DNA of 24,468 nt from Acutalibacteraceae bacterium (GTDB lineage Bacteria > Bacillota > Clostridia > Oscillospirales > Acutalibacteraceae), in the NCBI GenBank assembly GCA_036308305.1, contig JAXJVX010000301.1:1-24468 (forward strand), read 5' to 3'. The notes beneath the pieces were generated by a model. The model was not told where the DNA came from and made no database searches. It saw only the letters and a list, made by a program, of their open reading frames with translations. Positions 20,013-24,468 of this stretch are shown one piece after another; positions within the stretch are counted from its first letter, which is position 1, and each line of letters opens with the position of its first letter. Both the position numbers and the translations under genes were made by a program.

Positions 20013-21295
20013 GCGTTGGGAATGAGCTTGTCCTTGCCGCCCATATACGGACGGAGAACTTCAGGAATATTCACGCTGCCGTCTGCATTAAGGTTGTTTT
20101 CAAGGAATGCAATAAGCATACGGGGCGGAGCAACAACAGTGTTGTTGAGTGTGTGTGCAAAATAGTTGCCGTCCTTGCTCTTGACACGGATCTTCAGGCG
20201 GCGTGCCTGTGCATCACCGAGATTTGAGCAAGATCCGACCTCGAAATATTTTTTCTGACGAGGTGACCACGCTTCAACATCGAAGGATTTTACCTTAAGA
20301 TCAGCAAGATCTCCAGAGCAGCACTCAAGTGTGCGGACGGGAATATCAAGCGAGCGGAACAGATCAACGGTATTCTGCCAGAGCTTGTCGAACCAAGCAG
20401 CGGACTCTTCCGGCTTGCAGACAACTATCATTTCCTGCTTTTCAAACTGGTGAATTCTGTAAACTCCGCGTTCTTCGATGCCATGTGCACCTTTTTCCTT
20501 ACGGAAGCAGGGTGAGTAGCTTGTGAGAGTGTAGGGCAGTTTTTCCTCCGGATTGATAGTGTCGATGAATTTGCCTATCATAGAATGCTCGGATGTACCG
20601 ATAAGATATAAGTCCTCACCCTCAATCTTATACATCATAGCATCCATTTCGGCAAAACTCATAACACCGGTAACAACATTGGATCGAATCATAAACGGCG
20701 GCACACAATAGGTAAAGCCACGGTCGATCATAAAATCTCTTGCATACGATATAACAGCTGAATGAAGTCTTGCTATGTCACCCATAAGATAGTAGAAGCC
20801 GTTACCTGCTACTTTACCGGCTGAATCGATATCTATTCCGTCGAATTTTGCCATTATATCTGTGTGATACGGTACTTCAAAGTCCGGAACGACCGGTTCT
20901 CCATACTTTGTTACCTCAACGTTTTCGCTGTCATCCTTTCCTATCGGTACAGAAGGATCAATAATGTTGGGTATAGTCATCATTATTTTCGTTAGTTTTT
21001 CGTCATATTCACGCTCAAGTGATTCGCACTCGGCAAGACGGGTTGCAAATGCTGCGACCTGCTGCTTTGTTGCCTCTGCTTCATCCTTTTTGCCCTGTGC
21101 CATCAATGCACCGATCTGCTTTGAGATGCGGTTACGATCTGCACGGAGTGAGTCAGCCTCGCTCTGTGCGGCACGCTTTTTATCATAAAGCTCGATTGCT
21201 TCATCAACAAGCGGAAGCTTTTCCTCCTGGAACTTATTTTTGATATTTTGCTTTACTATTTCGGGGTTTTCTTTTACAAATCTTATATCTAACAT
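20009..21295 (-). CDS. serS: Seryl-tRNA synthetase
   Basis: MLDIRFV, N-terminal coiled coil, IPNI, LIGTSE, CFRKE..GVYRIHQFEKQE, EVGSCSN, HTLNNT. Confidence 0.97.
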   Translation of the reverse strand: MLDIRFVKENPEIVKQNIKNKFQEEKLPLVDEAIELYDKKRAAQSEADSLRADRNRISKQIGALMAQGKKDEAEATKQQVAAFATRLAECESLEREYDEKLTKIMMTIPNIIDPSVPIGKDDSENVEVTKYGEPVVPDFEVPYHTDIMAKFDGIDIDSAGKVAGNGFYYLMGDIARLHSAVISYARDFMIDRGFTYCVPPFMIRSNVVTGVMSFAEMDAMMYKIEGEDLYLIGTSEHSMIGKFIDTINPEEKLPYTLTSYSPCFRKEKGAHGIEERGVYRIHQFEKQEMIVVCKPEESAAWFDKLWQNTVDLFRSLDIPVRTLECCSGDLADLKVKSFDVEAWSPRQKKYFEVGSCSNLGDAQARRLKIRVKSKDGNYFAHTLNNTVVAPPRMLIAFLENNLNADGSVNIPEVLRPYMGGKDKLIPNA

Positions 21296-21312
21296 AATAC
21301 ATTTCCTCTCTG

Positions 21313-22146
21313 TTAAAACAGTTTTTTAAGCAGCTCGTTCAAATCGTCCTCGCTGTAAAATTCAAATTCTAGCTTTCCGCCCTTTGCTGACGGTGTTATC
21401 TGCACCTTTCTGCCGAGCTCTTCCTTTAATGTAAGCTCGATCTGAGTATAGTGCAAATTTTTTGGCTGTACGGTGGTCTCACTTTTGGGTTTTGTTTTTC
21501 CGGACTTTGCAAGCTGCTCTATCTGGCGTACCGATGCGCCGTTTTTTATCATCTCAACTGCTTGCTGACGCAGTTCATCGTTACCGAGCGAGAGCAATGC
21601 TCTGCCGTGACCTGCTGATATTTCGCCGGATATTATATATTGAGTGAATTTACCAAGTTCAAGAAGACGCAACGCATTTGCAACGGCAGAGCGTGACTTT
21701 CCGACCTTTTTTGCAACCTCCTCCTGTGTGAGCGAAAAGGTTTGCATCAGATTTTTATAGCCTTCTGCTTCTTCAATAGCGTTAAGATCCTCACGCTGTA
21801 GATTTTCTATAAGCGCAAGCTCCATGGTTTGTGCATCATCAAGATCCTTGATGATAACAGGAACTTCATTAAGGCCTGCCTGCATACACGCACGCCAACG
21901 GCGCTCGCCTGCTACTATCTGATAATTACCGTTGATCTGCGGGCGTACGACTATTGGTTGTAAAAGCCCATGCAGTTTTATGTTTTCACTAAGTTCTTCG
22001 AGCGCCGCCGGATCAAAATAACGGCGCGGCTGATCGGGATTTGGCTCTATTTCGGTTATTCGTACCGTCTGTGCTCCGCCGCTTTCAGCGGTGTTATCAG
22101 ACATCAGCGCCATATATCCTCTGCCGAGTCCTGATTTTTTAGCCAT
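21313..22146 (-). CDS. parB: Chromosome partition protein ParB/Spo0J
   Basis: GLGRG, PNPDQPRRYF, GLLQPIVVR, AGERRWRA, IENLQREDL, HTH GKSRSAVANALRLL. Confidence 0.97.
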   Translation of the reverse strand: MAKKSGLGRGYMALMSDNTAESGGAQTVRITEIEPNPDQPRRYFDPAALEELSENIKLHGLLQPIVVRPQINGNYQIVAGERRWRACMQAGLNEVPVIIKDLDDAQTMELALIENLQREDLNAIEEAEGYKNLMQTFSLTQEEVAKKVGKSRSAVANALRLLELGKFTQYIISGEISAGHGRALLSLGNDELRQQAVEMIKNGASVRQIEQLAKSGKTKPKSETTVQPKNLHYTQIELTLKEELGRKVQITPSAKGGKLEFEFYSEDDLNELLKKLF

Positions 22147-22161
22147 TTTTAACTCCGTTTC

Positions 22162-22926
22162 TTATTTATTGTTTTTGATTATCTCTTTTGCCAACTCTTT
22201 ATATGCAAAAGAGCCTTTTGACCATTTATCGTAATATATTACCGGCTCACCGTATGAAGGTGCCTCAGACATACGCACCGAACGGGGAATTGCTGAGCCG
22301 AAAACCTTTTGCGGAAAGAATTTTTTGATCTCCTTTGCCACCTGCTGAGTAAGATTTAGTCTGCCATCATACATTGTGAACAGCACACCCTCTATCTCAA
22401 TGTTCGGATTGCAGGTGCGTTTTATCTGACGGACGGTATTCATAAGCTGAGAAAGTCCCTCAAGTGCAAAATATTCGCACTGGATTGGTACAAGCACCGA
22501 ATCGGCTGCACAAAGCGCATTAACCGTGATAATGCCGAGTGACGGCGGGCAATCGAGCAGAATATAATCGTATTCATCTTTTACTGCAGCAATAGCTTTT
22601 TTAAAGCAGTATTCACGTTCGGGGAAATCGACCAGTTCTACTTCTGCGCCTGAAAGATTGATATTTGCAGGGATAATATCAACATATCTGAATTTTGTTT
22701 TTACAATTGCGTCCTTTACGCCGATCTTTCCGATTAGCAGTTCATATATTGAATTTGTAAGTCCTCTTTTGGATATTCCGTAGCCGCTGGTGGAGTTACC
22801 CTGCGGATCAATATCAACAAGCAACGTTTTTTTATCTGCAAGGCCAAGTGCAGCGGCAAGGTTGACTGCGGTAGTTGTTTTGCCGACACCGCCCTTCTGA
22901 TTTACAACAGCGATTATTTTTCCCAA
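22162..22926 (-). CDS. parA: Chromosome partition ATPase ParA/Soj
   Basis: NQKGGVGKTTT, DIDPQGN, DCPPSLG, IPRSVRMSEAPSYG; TTG start with GGAGGTGA RBS. Confidence 0.97.
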   Translation of the reverse strand: MGKIIAVVNQKGGVGKTTTAVNLAAALGLADKKTLLVDIDPQGNSTSGYGISKRGLTNSIYELLIGKIGVKDAIVKTKFRYVDIIPANINLSGAEVELVDFPEREYCFKKAIAAVKDEYDYILLDCPPSLGIITVNALCAADSVLVPIQCEYFALEGLSQLMNTVRQIKRTCNPNIEIEGVLFTMYDGRLNLTQQVAKEIKKFFPQKVFGSAIPRSVRMSEAPSYGEPVIYYDKWSKGSFAYKELAKEIIKNNK

Positions 22927-23000
22927 TATATCACCTCCGTAGCATTATTTATATTTACATTATATCACGATATAGGATAAAAATAAAGAGGGAATTCAAA

Positions 23001-23016
23001 TGTTTCACATGAAACA
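23001..23016. promoter_or_regulatory. parS: parS centromere site
   Basis: TGTTTCACATGAAACA, one mismatch to the TGTTTCACGTGAAACA consensus, just upstream of parA. Confidence 0.88.
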
Positions 23017-23154
23017 TTTGAATTTATCCGCTGTCGAAAGTTAGAATTAAAAATATTTTATTAGAAATTTATTAGAAAAATCAGGTAAAATGAATGAAAT
23101 ATATAATATTATGCTAAATATTATTAATTTTCTGCAAATTTTTATCATAACCCC

Positions 23155-23183
23155 TTTACAAAAGGAAAAAATTGTTGTATAAT
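23155..23183 (+). promoter_or_regulatory. SigA-type abrB promoter
   Basis: TTTACA - 17 bp - TATAAT. Confidence 0.65.
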
Positions 23184-23234
23184 GCGATTAGTGTTTGAAA
23201 CACTCAATGTTTAATATTTATGGAGGTGCAAACT

Positions 23235-23489
23235 ATGAGTTACACAGGTATGGAGCGTTGCATTGACAAGCTTGGCAGAGTTGTTATTCCGATGGAGATC
23301 AGAAAGAGCCTCAATCTTCCGACTGACACTCCGCTCGCAATCAGCGTTGAGGGTAACAAAATCATTTTTGAGAAGAGCATCCGCGCATGCATCCTTTGCG
23401 GTACACTTGATGATGTAAAAGATGTTAACGGAAAGCGTATTTGCAAGAAGTGTCTTGCTGAGATGGCAGCAGTAGCATCTGCTGAATAA
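23235..23489 (+). CDS. abrB: AbrB-family transition-state regulator with C-terminal CxxC..CxxC
   Basis: TGMERCIDKLGRVVIPMEIRKSL, CILCG..ICKKC; start placed at ATG 23235 behind GGAGGT. Confidence 0.9.
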   Translation: MSYTGMERCIDKLGRVVIPMEIRKSLNLPTDTPLAISVEGNKIIFEKSIRACILCGTLDDVKDVNGKRICKKCLAEMAAVASAE

Positions 23490-23506
23490 GAGTTTCATTG
23501 AATTAG

Positions 23507-23542
23507 GAGCATCGTGTTTTGACGATGCTCTTGATTTTTTTA
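23507..23542 (+). terminator. Terminator after abrB, overlapping the next promoter
   Basis: GAGCATCGT/ACGATGCTC stem plus T-run; TTGATT (23531) - 17 bp - TATAAT (23554) follows. Confidence 0.65.
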
Positions 23543-23578
23543 TTACAATGCTCTATAATGGGCAATGAGGTGTTGATT

Positions 23579-24259
23579 ATGAAAATTACTTGGCTTGGGC
23601 AGGCAGGTTTGCTCTTTGAAACTGAAGACCTTACGATAATTGTTGATCCCTATCTTTCCGATAGCGTTGTTAAGGTTAATCCGAATAATTGGCGCAGAGT
23701 GCCGGTAGATGAAGGATTATTTGATATTCATCCTGATATTTATATATGCACGCACGATCATCTGGATCATTTAGATCCTGAAACAGTGCCGGTATATTTA
23801 TCTCGTGAGGATAAGCAGATCACAGTTATCGGCTCTGCCGAGAGCTATACCAAGCTGCTTTCATACAAACACGGTCATAACTATGTCCGTTTCGATCCAG
23901 GCACACGCTGGACGCAAAGCGGTGTAACTATCACGGCAATCAAGGCGTATCATTCAGAGCCGACTGCAATTGGCATTGTGGTTGATGACGGCGAGAAGAA
24001 ATACTATATCACGGGTGATACATTATATAATGATAACATCTTTAATGAACTGCCTGATGATATCTATGCCGTATTTCTGCCGATCAACGGTGTTGGTAAC
24101 AATATGAATATGGAAGATGCGGCTTTGTTTGCCGAAAAGGTAAATGCCAGATATACAGTTCCCGTGCATTTCGGTATGTTTGATGAGCTTGATCCGAAAG
24201 CGTTTCACGTGAAACATAAAGTTATTCCGCAATTATATAAAGAAATAGTGTTTGAGTAA
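23579..24259 (+). CDS. Metallo-beta-lactamase-fold hydrolase (UlaG-like)
   Basis: MKITWLGQAG, VDPYLS, THDHLDH, YITGDT, VPVHFGMF; start at ATG 23579 behind GAGGTG. Confidence 0.9.
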   Translation: MKITWLGQAGLLFETEDLTIIVDPYLSDSVVKVNPNNWRRVPVDEGLFDIHPDIYICTHDHLDHLDPETVPVYLSREDKQITVIGSAESYTKLLSYKHGHNYVRFDPGTRWTQSGVTITAIKAYHSEPTAIGIVVDDGEKKYYITGDTLYNDNIFNELPDDIYAVFLPINGVGNNMNMEDAALFAEKVNARYTVPVHFGMFDELDPKAFHVKHKVIPQLYKEIVFE

Positions 24260-24279
24260 AAATATAGTATTAATGTGTC

Positions 24280-24313
24280 GAAAGCCACAAAGCAGAAATG
24301 CTTTGTGGCTTTC
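24280..24313. terminator. Likely bidirectional terminator
   Basis: GAAAGCCACAAAGCA-gaaa-TGCTTTGTGGCTTTC, a 15-bp stem between convergent genes. Confidence 0.85.
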
Positions 24314-24468
24314 TTATTTTTCACGCAAGTCGTTGATAAGGATTTGAATATGCGATAGCTGATCGTCAGTAAGCCCGGTTGCGTCTAAGGTGTGACGATC
24401 GTCGAGTCCGAGTAAATAATCTGCACTTACTGAATAAAGTCTGGAAATTTTGACCAACATATCTATAG
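24314..24468 (-). CDS. XRE-family regulator, 3' part (runs off the window)
   Basis: Manual translation ..IDMLVKISRLYSVSADYLLGLDDRHTLDATGLTDDQLSHIQILINDLREK*; VSxDYLLG is typical of the end of an XRE domain. Confidence 0.8.
   Translation of the reverse strand, partial: IDMLVKISRLYSVSADYLLGLDDRHTLDATGLTDDQLSHIQILINDLREK

Noticed and set aside
19557..20165. 202-aa plus-strand ORF
   Set aside because: Fully antisense to the cyclase gene and serS, both of which carry clear family motifs.
21313..23489. parAB/abrB as a plasmid partition or toxin-antitoxin module
   Set aside because: Soj/Spo0J-type sequences with a chromosomal parS near dnaA; AbrB has its own terminator and no adjacent toxin gene.
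23579..24259. MBL-fold gene as an antibiotic-resistance beta-lactamase
   Set aside because: No signal peptide, and the motif pattern matches cytoplasmic UlaG-like hydrolases.

Overview
Chromosomal replication-origin region of a low-GC Gram-positive bacterium; the protein sequences suggest Clostridia, and an Oscillospiraceae/Ruminococcaceae affiliation is my inference. It carries the conserved dnaA-dnaN-yaaA-recF-remB-gyrB-(extra membrane gene)-gyrA block on the minus strand and the divergent rpmH-rnpA-yidD-yidC-jag operon. The usual mnmE/mnmG/rsmG genes do not follow jag. Instead there is an envelope-related block (PAP2 phosphatase, XRE regulator, DedA, a GT-C-like membrane protein split by one in-frame TAG, cdaA-cdaR), then an oppositely oriented parA-parB-serS-cyclase operon with a parS site, abrB, an MBL hydrolase and a partial XRE gene. 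Four observations stand out. (1) Three copies of a 28-34 bp AT-rich palindrome: two bracket the XRE promoter and one lies about 13.8 kb away on the other side of oriC. (2) DnaA has substitutions at three box-reading residues, and I found no canonical TTATCCACA box in the origin spacers. (3) YidC shows an apparent Arg/Gln swap in its hydrophilic groove. (4) A possible undecaprenyl-phosphate recycling/glycosylation module sits next to c-di-AMP synthesis genes. No rRNA, tRNA, CRISPR array or transposase was recognised.
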